Assembly: GCA_032249095.1 (NCBI GenBank)
Contig: JAVVGN010000019.1
Span: 1-25,420, forward strand
DNA from: Candidatus Caldarchaeales archaeon
Lineage (GTDB): Archaea; Thermoproteota; Nitrososphaeria_A; Caldarchaeales; Calditenuaceae
Direction: 5' to 3'
DNA: 25,420 nt
Below are positions 8,441-17,047 of the stretch, in pieces (positions within the stretch are counted from its first letter, which is position 1; each line of letters begins with the position of its first letter). The position numbers and the translations under genes are program-made. The notes below the pieces were generated by a model. The model was not told where the DNA came from and ran no database searches. It worked only from the letters and a program-made list of their open reading frames with translations.

Positions 8441-10141
8441 CTATCCATATCTATACTTGACGCCGTGGCCCTCGCGCTCGTGGCTGAATAGGACGATCTC
8501 GGGGGGGCCGATCACACCGCATGTCCCGCAGGCGACGCAGGCGACGTGGTCGAAGTTCAGCCTAGCCCTCGAGATGTCTCTAAGGGTCTCGGCCACCGCC
8601 TCCCTCTCCGCCCGGCCTCTCTCGACGCCCCTCGCAAGGAGCTGCTCGAGGTTGTATCGGTAGAGGTCCTTGAAGGACGCGTAGACCCCCTTCTCCAGCA
8701 CTATGGTGTAGCAGTTAACGGGGCAGGCAGGGACCCAGAGCTTCACAAGCTGTCTCGAGGCCTTCTCGAGGTCGACCTTGATGTGGCTGTATTCCTTGTC
8801 CTCGTCATACTCTAGGAGGCCGGTTAGGGCCTGAATCTTCTTGATAGCGTCTTCGCCGCCCATAAGCGGCGGCGTGGCCGGGTTCGACTCAACCCCTTTT
8901 CCGCTCAACGCTAATAGAAGCTTGGGTGCGAGGCTGTAGGCGAACTTGCTCTCGGTCAGGAGGGAGTTCAATCCAGACCTCTTGACGTCGCGATAGATTG
9001 GTCTCAGAAGGCTCTCATAAACAGCCAGGGATGCGGCGCTGAAGTCGCCCCTCTCGGCCGCTTTAAGGTAGGTCTCGGCAGCCATGATGCCGGTCGCGAC
9101 AGCCCTCCTCATCCCGTCTATCAGCCCCCCGATCTTCACGAAGGCTCCGAGCGAGTCGCCCGTCGCTAGGAACCCGTCGGTATAGGGCCTCTTCAACCAA
9201 GTCTTGTATCCCTTCGGAATGTTGTGGGCAGAATACTCGACGAGCTCCGCCCCCTCGAGCAGGGCTGCTACGGCCGGGTGGCTTTCAAGCTCCTCAAGGA
9301 TGTCTACTGGTTTAGAGATCTCGCCGATCCTGCTGACGGACTGCTCTATGAAGGAGTCTAACGAGATTACTATGCCGACGCTCAGCGTGTCCTTGTTGGT
9401 GTATAGGAACCCGCCCCCGGAAACCCCCTTCATCACGTCTCCAAGATAGAAGATGGCCCGGCCCTCACCGGGCTTAAGGTTGAAGCGCTCCTCGATCTTT
9501 TCGGCGGAGAGCTTGAAGACGTGTTTGACTCCGTGGTAGACTTTGTCGGGCCCTAAGGGGCCGCGGAGCCCCGCCTTCTCGACGAGCTTAGAAGTGACGC
9601 CGCTGGCGTCTATCACGAGGTTGCAGGTAATGGTCTCGGAGCTGGTCACGACACCCCTGATCCTCCCATTCTCCCGGTACAGGTCCTCCACGCTCGTGAA
9701 AGTGACGACGGCCCCCCCGTTTTCCGACACCTTCGCGGCCATCCACTTGTCGAGCCTAGCCCTCAGGACGGAGTATGCCTCGCCACCCGCCTCGGAGAAC
9801 CCTGCAACACCGAGCCTTGACAGGAAGGAGTCCTCCCCAATCTCGCCTACCCGGTAAGAGACCTTACCATTATTTCTCCTCGGCTCAGAGAGTATCACAA
9901 CCTCGTGGGAGACAATCCTCCGCTCCAGCGGCGCCTCCTCGCGGAAGCCCGGGAAGGCGTCTCCAAAGCTGTAGCCTGGGAGGTAGTCTGTGTAGAGTAC
10001 GCCGCCCGTCACGTTTCTCTGGCCCGGCACCTGCGCCTTCTCGACTAGGGCTACCTCGACCCCCCTCCTAGCCAGGTAGTTTGCAGCCGCGCAGCCGGCG
10101 GGCCCCGCTCCGACCACGACTACTTGGTAATCCACCTTCAT
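8441..10141 (-). CDS. Fused FixC-FixX: ETF-quinone/ferredoxin oxidoreductase-type FAD flavoprotein with a C-terminal ferredoxin-like FixX domain
   Basis: 566 aa. The N-terminal FAD dinucleotide motif is VVVVGAGPAGCAAANYLARRGVEVALVEK. The C-terminal part is FixX-like (CPVNCY ... ACVACGTCGV ... HGVKYRYG). Its ATGA start/stop overlaps the upstream etfA. Confidence 0.85.
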   Translation of the reverse strand: MKVDYQVVVVGAGPAGCAAANYLARRGVEVALVEKAQVPGQRNVTGGVLYTDYLPGYSFGDAFPGFREEAPLERRIVSHEVVILSEPRRNNGKVSYRVGEIGEDSFLSRLGVAGFSEAGGEAYSVLRARLDKWMAAKVSENGGAVVTFTSVEDLYRENGRIRGVVTSSETITCNLVIDASGVTSKLVEKAGLRGPLGPDKVYHGVKHVFKLSAEKIEERFNLKPGEGRAIFYLGDVMKGVSGGGFLYTNKDTLSVGIVISLDSFIEQSVSRIGEISKPVDILEELESHPAVAALLEGAELVEYSAHNIPKGYKTWLKRPYTDGFLATGDSLGAFVKIGGLIDGMRRAVATGIMAAETYLKAAERGDFSAASLAVYESLLRPIYRDVKRSGLNSLLTESKFAYSLAPKLLLALSGKGVESNPATPPLMGGEDAIKKIQALTGLLEYDEDKEYSHIKVDLEKASRQLVKLWVPACPVNCYTIVLEKGVYASFKDLYRYNLEQLLARGVERGRAEREAVAETLRDISRARLNFDHVACVACGTCGVIGPPEIVLFSHEREGHGVKYRYG

Positions 10142-11238
10142 GAGGCTCGCCCCCGAACGAGCTCGACCAGCTTGGGAAGAACCTCGTATAGGTCGTCTTT
10201 GACCACGTAGTGGGCCAGCTGGAAGATCGGGGCGTTGGGGTCGGTGTTGATGGCTACTATCTTCTTAGACCGCATCATGCCGACCCTGTGCTGTATTGCT
10301 CCGCTTATACCCGCCGCTATGTATATCTCTGGGGCCACCGTCTTGCCTGTCTGTCCGACCTGCCTGTCCTTCACGATCAGGCCCTCGAGTTCCTTAATGT
10401 TGGCGTAGATCAGGGCGCGGGAGGCACCTACTTCCGAGGGGACCCCGAAACGCTCCCTGACAGCGGAGGCAATCTCGGATGCATATCTAAAGGCCTCTGC
10501 GGGGTTTCTCGGATTTCCCTTCGCATCCTTCAGAACACCGAGCCCCAAGCTCACGATCACCTTGGCCTCCTCGAGCCTAATGTTGCTCCTAGGCAGGGTC
10601 GACTCCTCAAGCACCTTCACGCAGAAGAGCTCCGGAGGAATCTCTACGTCGAGCCGTATCACTTCCCCACTACGAGACTCGTCTCGTGGGAGAGGTGTGA
10701 AGGAGCCGGGTCTGATATTGCTCATCTGTGGTCTATGACGCGGCGTGAAAATCTTCGCTATCCTCGTCGCGAAGTCGGGCCGGACCTGGGCTATGCAATC
10801 GTTGAACACAAGGCGACCCTGAGGGGTATGCATAACGAAGTCCTCGACCAGGAGGTCTATACAGTCGGCCGCGAGCCCCGTCACTGTGCGGTACGCGACC
10901 CTGGCGCCGAGCTCCCTCCCCACCTCATTAGCGACGAAGAGGAACGCCCAGGGCTTCAGCCGCATGACCAGCTCTGAGAGGACGTGGGAGTATGGGAGGG
11001 CTTGGTAGCTCTTGAGTTGCGGGCTGTCGCAGAGGATTACCTTATCGGCGCCGTAATAGATCGGCTCATTCGCGACCGAGTCGAGGCCATAGCCGAGCAA
11101 GATGCCAACTACCTGCATCCCCATCCTGTCCGCGATCTTTCTAGCCCCCGCTATCACCTCGGTCGTAGGCCTAGTTAGCGCGCCGTCCCTGACCTCACAG
11201 TAGACCCAGACATCCCTATACTCGTTGCTCCCCTGCAA
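10138..11238 (-). CDS. etfA: Electron transfer flavoprotein alpha subunit (EtfA/FixB)
   Basis: 366 aa. The C-terminal FAD-binding signature is PEIYIAAGISGAIQHRVGMMRSKKIVAINTDPNAPIF...DLYEVLP. Confidence 0.85.
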   Translation of the reverse strand: MQGSNEYRDVWVYCEVRDGALTRPTTEVIAGARKIADRMGMQVVGILLGYGLDSVANEPIYYGADKVILCDSPQLKSYQALPYSHVLSELVMRLKPWAFLFVANEVGRELGARVAYRTVTGLAADCIDLLVEDFVMHTPQGRLVFNDCIAQVRPDFATRIAKIFTPRHRPQMSNIRPGSFTPLPRDESRSGEVIRLDVEIPPELFCVKVLEESTLPRSNIRLEEAKVIVSLGLGVLKDAKGNPRNPAEAFRYASEIASAVRERFGVPSEVGASRALIYANIKELEGLIVKDRQVGQTGKTVAPEIYIAAGISGAIQHRVGMMRSKKIVAINTDPNAPIFQLAHYVVKDDLYEVLPKLVELVRGRAS

Positions 11239-12430
11239 CCTTAATCCACCCCCCGAACAACTCCTCCACCAGGTCCTCCAGGCTGAAAATCTTCACCAGC
11301 CCCCTCGCCTCAAGGTGCTTCGCAGCCTCCTCAGGAAGGTCCTCAAGCCTTGTAAACCGCTCGTAGGGGCCATAAGTCTTCCCGTTGAGTTCGAAGGGCT
11401 CAACCCTCGACGCCAAGACCCTTGTCGTGCCCACGATCTTCTGGACAGGCGGAGTACCGATATCGATTCCCGGTCCAACGATTGTGGGCGATCCGGCCAG
11501 ACCGATCTTCTGCGGATCCGCGCCAATCGCGTCGGCGTTCCAGACAACACTCTCGTAAACCTTCCTCGCGTAGCTGTACAATATCGCTCTCTTTTTCATC
11601 TTGAGTGACGGCACTCGCGGTCTATACTCGGTTGAGATCGTGAGGACGCAGGGTAGCGGTACCTGCAGCTTCTGTATGAGGTCGCCGATTCTGCGCTCTA
11701 CATAGACTTGGCCCGCCTCGACGTCCGCGTCAAGGTCTCTCACGTAGGTCACGCTGGGCACGGGGATTCCTAACTCCATGCTGAGAGCCTCGGCGACTTG
11801 GGGGCCGGTGCTCCCCGTCTCACCGTCGCTCGTCTTTATCCCCGCTATTACGACGAATTTCCTGACCTCCTCCCTAACCCTCCTCAGAATGTTCAGTGCG
11901 TCTTCCGCGGTAATCTCGCCGGAAACGAGCCTATCCGAGACTGTTTTCCCCCTCAGCGTCGGCAGCGTAGAGTAAACTATGTGTGGAACTAGGTTCTGCC
12001 CATACAGCTCCCTCGCCCTCTCGACGAATCGCTCCGCTCCCTCGCCGCGCTCGAGGATGGAGATGAGTTCGTTTATGGGGTCGAGGTGCTGCTGGACAAT
12101 CTTTTTTATGCCGAGGCTGAGTGTGTAGGAGGTCGCCCAAGTGTCTGCGCCAGCCATCCTCCTGTCGCTCAGGATATAAGACTCATCTATGCCCTCGACA
12201 GGGGCCGCGAAGAGGTTTGCGGCTATAGTCTTCAGCTTGAAGTCGGGCCCCATGGTTAGCGATACGACCTTGCCTCCGAAGGCCCGTTTAAGGTAGTCAG
12301 AAGCCTCCACCGCCTTGCTGTCAAAGGGGTTCATAACGAGGTCCATCTCCTCGCGCCTGAGAACTCCGCCCACAGTCACGACCTTAGTCGTCCTTGAGGG
12401 GACAGCCTTGTATAGAGCGATGATAAGCAT
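11216..12430 (-). CDS. etfB: Electron transfer flavoprotein beta subunit (EtfB/FixA), unusually long (~405 aa)
   Basis: EtfB motifs present: MNPFDSKAVEAS...VVSLTMGP..., SDGETGSTGPQVAE.LG.P, LPCVLT, IGLAGSPTIV. I trimmed the start to ATG 12430 because a TATA-like element on this strand (12461..12470) lies inside the longer 461-aa ORF. ATG 12478 is upstream of that TATA. Confidence 0.75.
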   Translation of the reverse strand: MLIIALYKAVPSRTTKVVTVGGVLRREEMDLVMNPFDSKAVEASDYLKRAFGGKVVSLTMGPDFKLKTIAANLFAAPVEGIDESYILSDRRMAGADTWATSYTLSLGIKKIVQQHLDPINELISILERGEGAERFVERARELYGQNLVPHIVYSTLPTLRGKTVSDRLVSGEITAEDALNILRRVREEVRKFVVIAGIKTSDGETGSTGPQVAEALSMELGIPVPSVTYVRDLDADVEAGQVYVERRIGDLIQKLQVPLPCVLTISTEYRPRVPSLKMKKRAILYSYARKVYESVVWNADAIGADPQKIGLAGSPTIVGPGIDIGTPPVQKIVGTTRVLASRVEPFELNGKTYGPYERFTRLEDLPEEAAKHLEARGLVKIFSLEDLVEELFGGWIKVAGEQRV

Positions 12431-12460
12431 GTATTGCTCCCAAGGTGCGAGGGATTTGCG

Positions 12461-12470
12461 AAAATATATA
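12461..12470. promoter_or_regulatory. AT-rich TATA element in the divergent etfB / Zn-ribbon gene intergenic region, possibly bidirectional
   Basis: AAAATATATA is an isolated AT-rich block in GC-rich sequence. It lies about 35 nt from etfB ATG 12430 on the minus strand and about 32 nt from GTG 12498 on the plus strand. Confidence 0.4.
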
Positions 12471-12476
12471 TCGTTC

Positions 12477-12845
12477 ATGCCCCCGCATGGCTGGGGTGTG
12501 AAAGCCTTAGGCGAGTGGCGGGCAAGGTGCGCCCTCTGCGGCGAGCCCCTCAGGCCGGCCGAGGCCCTGGCCTCCAAATACGCATGCCTAGCGACCTGCA
12601 CACCAATAACTAGGGCTCCACACCTCCATGCCCGGCATAAGTCCTACTTAAGGGAGGCCGGGAGGGTTGCTCCGCCGATCACATACTCGTTCCTAGGCCT
12701 TTGCTCGGTCACCCTGGCCTTGCTCCTGGCCTCGCAGCACTTCCTAGCAACCCTGACCCTCGCCCTGGCTCTAACCGTCTTGGCCTACGGGACCTATGCG
12801 AGGCTGAGGCTTTTGGCGAGGCATAGGGCTCGAGCATATAAATAG
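12477..12845 (+). CDS. Small Zn-ribbon membrane protein (DUF2116-like architecture); start uncertain (ATG 12477 or GTG 12498)
   Basis: It has CALCGEPL...(11 aa)...ACLATC (CxxC...CxxxC), followed by a basic stretch and two hydrophobic helices (FLGLCSVTLALLLA; LTLALALTVLAYG). The 5' part of the 176-aa track ORF is antisense to etfB and was discarded. Confidence 0.35.
   Translation: MPPHGWGVKALGEWRARCALCGEPLRPAEALASKYACLATCTPITRAPHLHARHKSYLREAGRVAPPITYSFLGLCSVTLALLLASQHFLATLTLALALTVLAYGTYARLRLLARHRARAYK
12835..12844 (+). promoter_or_regulatory. TATA-box-like element upstream of the 336-aa gene
   Basis: CATATAAATA is centred 28 nt upstream of GTG 12868. It is embedded in the last codons of the preceding ORF. 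Confidence 0.4.
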
Positions 12846-12867
12846 CGCGGTCGCGCGTCTGTCACTA

Positions 12868-13878
12868 GTGAAAGTTATCACGCTGTCAGCGGAGCGGCCC
12901 CATGAGGAGTTTCTACCCGCGGGCAGGAAAAAGTCCGCGGTCTTGGCCTCGGTGATAGCGGTGCTGGGGGCTCTCAGCCTCTTCGCACTCCCCCAACAGG
13001 CCGTTTCCAATCAATATGGCGTCCTAGCTATACTGACGGCCGGCCTGATCGCGTTCTTGGTCTTATTCGCGCCCCGGGGCCCGGTGGAGTCAGCCGAGGT
13101 CGTGAGGCGCGATTCTCAGATACACGTCAAGTTAAGTCTCGATAAGGAGAGGAGCGGCTACGTCGAGGTTGGTGAACTAACCATGTTTGGCTTTAGCCGC
13201 GAGGAGTCCTACCACACCCTCTTCAACTTGGAGCCTAAGAGCTCGCAGCACTTCTCGAATCAGAGGAGGATCGAGTTCATGCTCCCCCTCAGCGAGGCGG
13301 GTGGCCTCGTTTATCGTAGAGGCAGTGCACTAAACGGACTCATCAAGTGCCCGGGCTGCAAGATCATCCTCCAAGATGGGCAGGAGCTATACGCCGCCGC
13401 CCTCGTCTCGATAGGCAGAGCTAGGAAGACCCACCCCGCGAAGACGACGCTCCTGGCTGGAGGCGCCCAGTGCATCCTGAGGGAGGGTGCCGAGGGCGGC
13501 CTGAGCTTCCTCATCTCGGCTGCGGAGGTTGCTGGGGGGATGGGATCAGCTAAGGTCTCCCTCAAGATACTGAGGAGGCTGAGGGAGCGCGACATTGAGC
13601 TCTCTTTCGAGGAGAAGATTATGGAGCTCGGATCTGGGGGTGGGAGCTCCGGAGTCTGGAGGCCTGGCAGCCTCGGGGGCAAGGGGATCGTGATCATCTT
13701 TAACGGGACTTTGAGCTTCCTAAACGTAGTGGAGGCGCTAGGCCTCAATGAGCTGCTGCTAGACCCGGCGCCCGGCGTGGAGTACTCGGTCGTGCTTGAG
13801 ACCAGCTTGACGCGCCTAATTAGCTGGAGGGACGAGGCGCCTCTCACGATCTCGCTAAATGGGGCGGAAAAAGATTAG
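12868..13878 (+). CDS. Hypothetical membrane-anchored protein (two N-terminal TM helices plus a ~260-aa soluble domain), no family recognised
   Basis: 336-aa ORF with GTG start. Its amino-acid composition is ordinary, unlike the S/P/R-rich antisense ORF 13311..13847. The hydrophobic segments are AVLASVIAVLGALSLFAL and GVLAILTAGLIAFLVLFA. It contains a CPGC pair and a Gly-rich linker (GSGGGSSG). Confidence 0.55.
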   Translation: MKVITLSAERPHEEFLPAGRKKSAVLASVIAVLGALSLFALPQQAVSNQYGVLAILTAGLIAFLVLFAPRGPVESAEVVRRDSQIHVKLSLDKERSGYVEVGELTMFGFSREESYHTLFNLEPKSSQHFSNQRRIEFMLPLSEAGGLVYRRGSALNGLIKCPGCKIILQDGQELYAAALVSIGRARKTHPAKTTLLAGGAQCILREGAEGGLSFLISAAEVAGGMGSAKVSLKILRRLRERDIELSFEEKIMELGSGGGSSGVWRPGSLGGKGIVIIFNGTLSFLNVVEALGLNELLLDPAPGVEYSVVLETSLTRLISWRDEAPLTISLNGAEKD

Positions 13879-14076
13879 GAGAAGAGACCCCATCAGAATC
13901 ACGTAGAGGATCAGGATCAGTATCCTAGTCCTCCGCTCCCTCCTCAGCCGATCAGCCTGGATCTTCCGACACTCGTCGGAGCAGATCTCCTCCTTCGGCG
14001 GGATCGCCTTGCCACAGATTATGCAGTGCCTATGGTCCGGGATTCTCCCCCTCTTCTCCCGGGGTATCTGAGACAT
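13855..14076 (-). CDS. DUF2116-type Zn-ribbon membrane protein
   Basis: 73 aa. The pattern is HCIICGKAIPPKEEICSDECRKI, then RRERRTR, then a single TM helix (ILILILYVILMGSLLLIFF). A TATA-like sequence at 14100..14109 is centred about 27 nt upstream of the ATG. Confidence 0.6.
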   Translation of the reverse strand: MSQIPREKRGRIPDHRHCIICGKAIPPKEEICSDECRKIQADRLRRERRTRILILILYVILMGSLLLIFFRPI

Positions 14077-14133
14077 TGATACTCAGGCCGCGGCAAGCGA
14101 TATAAGTATATGTCAAGCACATATCCTCGCTCC

Positions 14134-14946
14134 CTAGCCATGTTTAGCAGACTCCCCCTTTACGCAGACGGCGTAGAGGCGTCTGTAGCCACGCCTCGTC
14201 CTGATCTTATGTACAGTCTCTAGCTGGAAGCCCTGCCTCGCTAGGACTCTCCGGAGGTGGCTGGTCTCATAAAACCTGACGTTTGAGATGTCGAGGAATA
14301 CGCTCACACCTTCTCGCCCCCATCGCGCGAGATACCTATCCCTCTCGCTGGGCGGCTTGAAGCCGCGTGGCTTGCCGAAGACCATGTAGACATCCCTGCT
14401 CCGCATCACACACCCCCTTAGGCTGGCTACTGAGACCCTAACTAGGCGCGCATCTCCAAATCGCCACGAATCTACCTGAGGCTCACCGAGGTCCGACCAA
14501 ACTATGTCGGAGGGGTCCTCGTAGTCGAAGATCAGTAGGCCGCCACCCTTCAGCATCCTCCAGGTGTTTCTCAAGAACCTGGCGAGATCACGTTCAACCA
14601 CTGGTATGGACCAGTTTAAGCAGAGCGCGGCGTCGAAGCTCCTCCTCGGCCTATAGCTGTAATAGTCGCCCACCAGGAACCTGACGTTAGTGACCCCCTC
14701 GGAGGCCCTTCTAGCCTGGCGGACCATGTGGGGGGAGAGATCTATCCCCGTCACCTCGAATCCACGCTCAGCAAGCATCCTGGCATGAGTCCCAACGCCG
14801 CAGCCGAGATCTATGACCGTCCTGCACCCACGCCTCTCCAGCTCACTAGCGATGAGGCTGACCTCAGACGAGTAGTCCCTCTCCTCAAGTACCTCGTAGA
14901 AAGGCGCGAGCTCCCTATAGAGGGGCCTAATAGGCACGTCCCCCAA
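14134..14946 (-). CDS. Class I SAM-dependent methyltransferase
   Basis: 270 aa. Motif I is VIDLGCGVGTHARMLAERGFEVTGIDLSPHMV and the post-I/II region is FLVGDY...FDAALCL. The start is TTG 14946 or GTG 14937. Confidence 0.85.
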   Translation of the reverse strand: MGDVPIRPLYRELAPFYEVLEERDYSSEVSLIASELERRGCRTVIDLGCGVGTHARMLAERGFEVTGIDLSPHMVRQARRASEGVTNVRFLVGDYYSYRPRRSFDAALCLNWSIPVVERDLARFLRNTWRMLKGGGLLIFDYEDPSDIVWSDLGEPQVDSWRFGDARLVRVSVASLRGCVMRSRDVYMVFGKPRGFKPPSERDRYLARWGREGVSVFLDISNVRFYETSHLRRVLARQGFQLETVHKIRTRRGYRRLYAVCVKGESAKHG

Positions 14947-15061
14947 ACCGGGGACGGTGGTATAAAGGAATTAGCTTAACATGTAGTTCCTATTTTTCTG
15001 GCTCCAGCTATCCGGAGAGGTTAACCCTGCACCCAACAAGACCTCTGATTAAGAGCGTAGG

Positions 15062-15071
15062 CATAAATATT
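15062..15071 (+). promoter_or_regulatory. TATA-box-like element upstream of the coxG-like gene (first gene of the island operon)
   Basis: CATAAATATT is centred about 26 nt upstream of GTG 15092. Confidence 0.4.
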
Positions 15072-15091
15072 GACGCAGCGGTGTTTAGTGG

Positions 15092-15538
15092 GTGAACCTG
15101 CATTTTCAGGACGAATTTATTGTTGACGCCAATGTACAACACGTATGGGAGTTACTAACGAATATTGATGAGGTGCGAAAAATAATCCCAGACCTACGAG
15201 AATACGAGTTTATAGACAGTAATCAAGCGAGAGTAGTATTGGGCGTTGGTCTGGGTTTAATAAAAGGCTCATTTAGAATGCTTCTCACAATAGACCCCAT
15301 AGAACCCCAAAGGGCGACTAAGATCATGTGTGTGGGTGATGGCTTGCAAAGCAGAGCCTCTATCATTATCAATTTATGTCTGGAGCCGTTATCGGATTCT
15401 ACAAGGATCCGATGGGATGCAGACGTAAGCATAACTGGTTTGATCGCAAATGTAGGAACAAAAATAATACATGACACGACAAAAAGAAAGGTAACCGAGA
15501 TAGTTGAAGGTATAAGGAGAACTTTAAGTAAAGGATAA
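15092..15538 (+). CDS. SRPBCC/CoxG-family protein
   Basis: 148 aa. The length and N-terminal pattern (F.DEF.V.A....VW.LL.N.DEV...IPDL) are typical of CoxG-like carbon monoxide dehydrogenase subunit G family proteins. Confidence 0.65.
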   Translation: MNLHFQDEFIVDANVQHVWELLTNIDEVRKIIPDLREYEFIDSNQARVVLGVGLGLIKGSFRMLLTIDPIEPQRATKIMCVGDGLQSRASIIINLCLEPLSDSTRIRWDADVSITGLIANVGTKIIHDTTKRKVTEIVEGIRRTLSKG

Positions 15539-15590
15539 ACGAGTCTGCCAAACACAATACATATTAGTCGGAACAAGTTGTCTAACGGAC

Positions 15591-17042
15591 GTGAAATCTC
15601 TGGAAAATATTGCAGCTGTGAAGAAGGATCTTGAGGTCCTTATCGGCCGTGAGAATGTATCAACTAACTTTTACACGGTGTCGGAATATTGCATGAACCA
15701 TGTCGCTAAAAACATCTTTGCGATGAGTAAACATAAACCATTTATTGTGGCAAGACCTATCTCTATGGCCCAGCTTATTGCAGTTGTAAAATATGCGAAT
15801 CAAGAAGAGATACCGATCTTTCTGCGAGGCGGAGGCACTGGATATTCCGGTGGAGAGGTGCCAACAAGCTCGGGCATAGTGATTGAGCTCACCGGATTGA
15901 ACAAAGTAAAAAGTGTTGATTCTCGGAGCAGACACGTCGTATGCGAAGCTGGAATAACAGTCAAGGATCTCAACACATTTCTGATGGACAATTACAATCT
16001 TTGGTGGCCACATGATCCCGGGAGCAGGGATTGGGCGACAGTCGGCGGGAGCATAGCTACGCTCGGCTGTGGGGCTTACACGACTAAGTATGGATACGCC
16101 CCCGCCTCGGTCACTTACATGAAGATCGTAACTCCCGAGGGAGAAATAATAGAACTCGGCAGTAAGATAAGGAACGACATGACCTGCTACAATATGATAG
16201 ATCTATTTGCGTCATCTGAGGGAACTTTAGGGATTATTTTGGAGGCGTCTCTAAAGGTCTTTCCTATTCCGAAACACAGAGACCTCGTGATAGGAGTCTT
16301 TGAAACCTTCAAAGAAGCGGTAGATACATGTTTTAGCATCGCTGATAGTGGTTTATACCCAGAGTCGCTGATGATGGAAGACTCTCTTCGATTTGTCTTA
16401 GAAGGGCTTGCTCCCCACATAGATATTGACGATCCCTCTGTCAAGAGGCTTCAATTAGACCGACGTGAGGCGGTAGTTATCGTATCGTACGGCGGTCTCG
16501 AGTCATTTGTTAAAGCTTGTCGCAGTGAAACTGCGCAGATCATGTTATCGAAGGGGGGCATAATTGTAGATGATAAACGAATCGTCGATGCGTATTGGAA
16601 ATCCAAGACTGAGCTTCCTTCATGGTCTAAGGAAATGCAAGGTGTGCGGGTGCATAGTTTTGTGCCAGCTATACCCTTAAACGTTGCTACTGACTTCAAT
16701 GCGAAATATAATCAGCTTATTGGAGAGCTCGGCCTAAATAAAGGTGGGGCTAGATATTATGTTGTTTTACCTTGGATGGAGTGTACGGTTAGCCCCACAG
16801 CTATATTTGATGACAACGATCCTAACAGCGTGGCCGCCTATGAGGAATTCACTAGACGGTTTTCAGAATATGTTAGAGGGATCGATGGAGCACCAGCCTC
16901 TACGACGGGGGTTGGAATGCGCTTGCTGGATATAGTGGAGAAGCTGACAGCTAGAAGTCAACTTACAATAGCTCGAAAGATAAAAAGTTGCATAGACCCT
17001 AAGAATATTCTCTGCCCGGACAAGAAATTCAGAAGTGGCTGA
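15591..17042 (+). CDS. FAD-linked oxidase (GlcD / D-lactate dehydrogenase-like, FAD_binding_4 family)
   Basis: 483 aa. Motifs: PFIVARPISMAQLIAVVKYAN.EEIPIFLRGGGTGYSGG; PHDPGS...ATVGGSIAT; SSEGTLGIILEASLKVFPIP; C-terminal IKSCIDPKNILCP. Confidence 0.85.
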   Translation: MKSLENIAAVKKDLEVLIGRENVSTNFYTVSEYCMNHVAKNIFAMSKHKPFIVARPISMAQLIAVVKYANQEEIPIFLRGGGTGYSGGEVPTSSGIVIELTGLNKVKSVDSRSRHVVCEAGITVKDLNTFLMDNYNLWWPHDPGSRDWATVGGSIATLGCGAYTTKYGYAPASVTYMKIVTPEGEIIELGSKIRNDMTCYNMIDLFASSEGTLGIILEASLKVFPIPKHRDLVIGVFETFKEAVDTCFSIADSGLYPESLMMEDSLRFVLEGLAPHIDIDDPSVKRLQLDRREAVVIVSYGGLESFVKACRSETAQIMLSKGGIIVDDKRIVDAYWKSKTELPSWSKEMQGVRVHSFVPAIPLNVATDFNAKYNQLIGELGLNKGGARYYVVLPWMECTVSPTAIFDDNDPNSVAAYEEFTRRFSEYVRGIDGAPASTTGVGMRLLDIVEKLTARSQLTIARKIKSCIDPKNILCPDKKFRSG

Positions 17043-17047
17043 CAAAC

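Noticed and set aside
10210-10977. Long antisense ORFs inside GC-rich genes: 255 aa at 10210..10977 opposite etfA, 178 aa at 13311..13847 opposite the 336-aa gene, 91-111 aa ORFs at 6683..7298, 105 aa at 1169..1486 opposite the Sm gene, and many 60-100-aa ORFs opposite elp3 and fixCX.
   Set aside because: Their compositions are R/P/S/G-rich and low-complexity, as expected from stop-codon-poor antisense frames of high-GC coding DNA. In each case the opposite strand carries clear family motifs.
12431-12601. A 57-aa N-terminal extension of the etfB ORF (track start at 12601).
   Set aside because: The extension (MQVARHAYLEARASAGLRGSPQRAHLARHS...) has no EtfB similarity. It contains the only AT-rich TATA-like block of the region (12461..12470) and overlaps a divergent ORF. 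The conserved EtfB N-terminus begins right after ATG 12430.
15040-15060. A possible att-like direct repeat at the island borders: GACCTCTGATTAAGAGCGTAG (15040..15060) versus GACCTTGCTTAAGACCCTTAG (24308..24328).
   Set aside because: Only about 17 of 22 aligned columns match, with two gaps. By rough estimate, a match of this quality between two 150-270-bp AT-rich intergenic regions is not clearly above chance. There is no integrase or tRNA to support it. It is worth a formal alignment but not a call.
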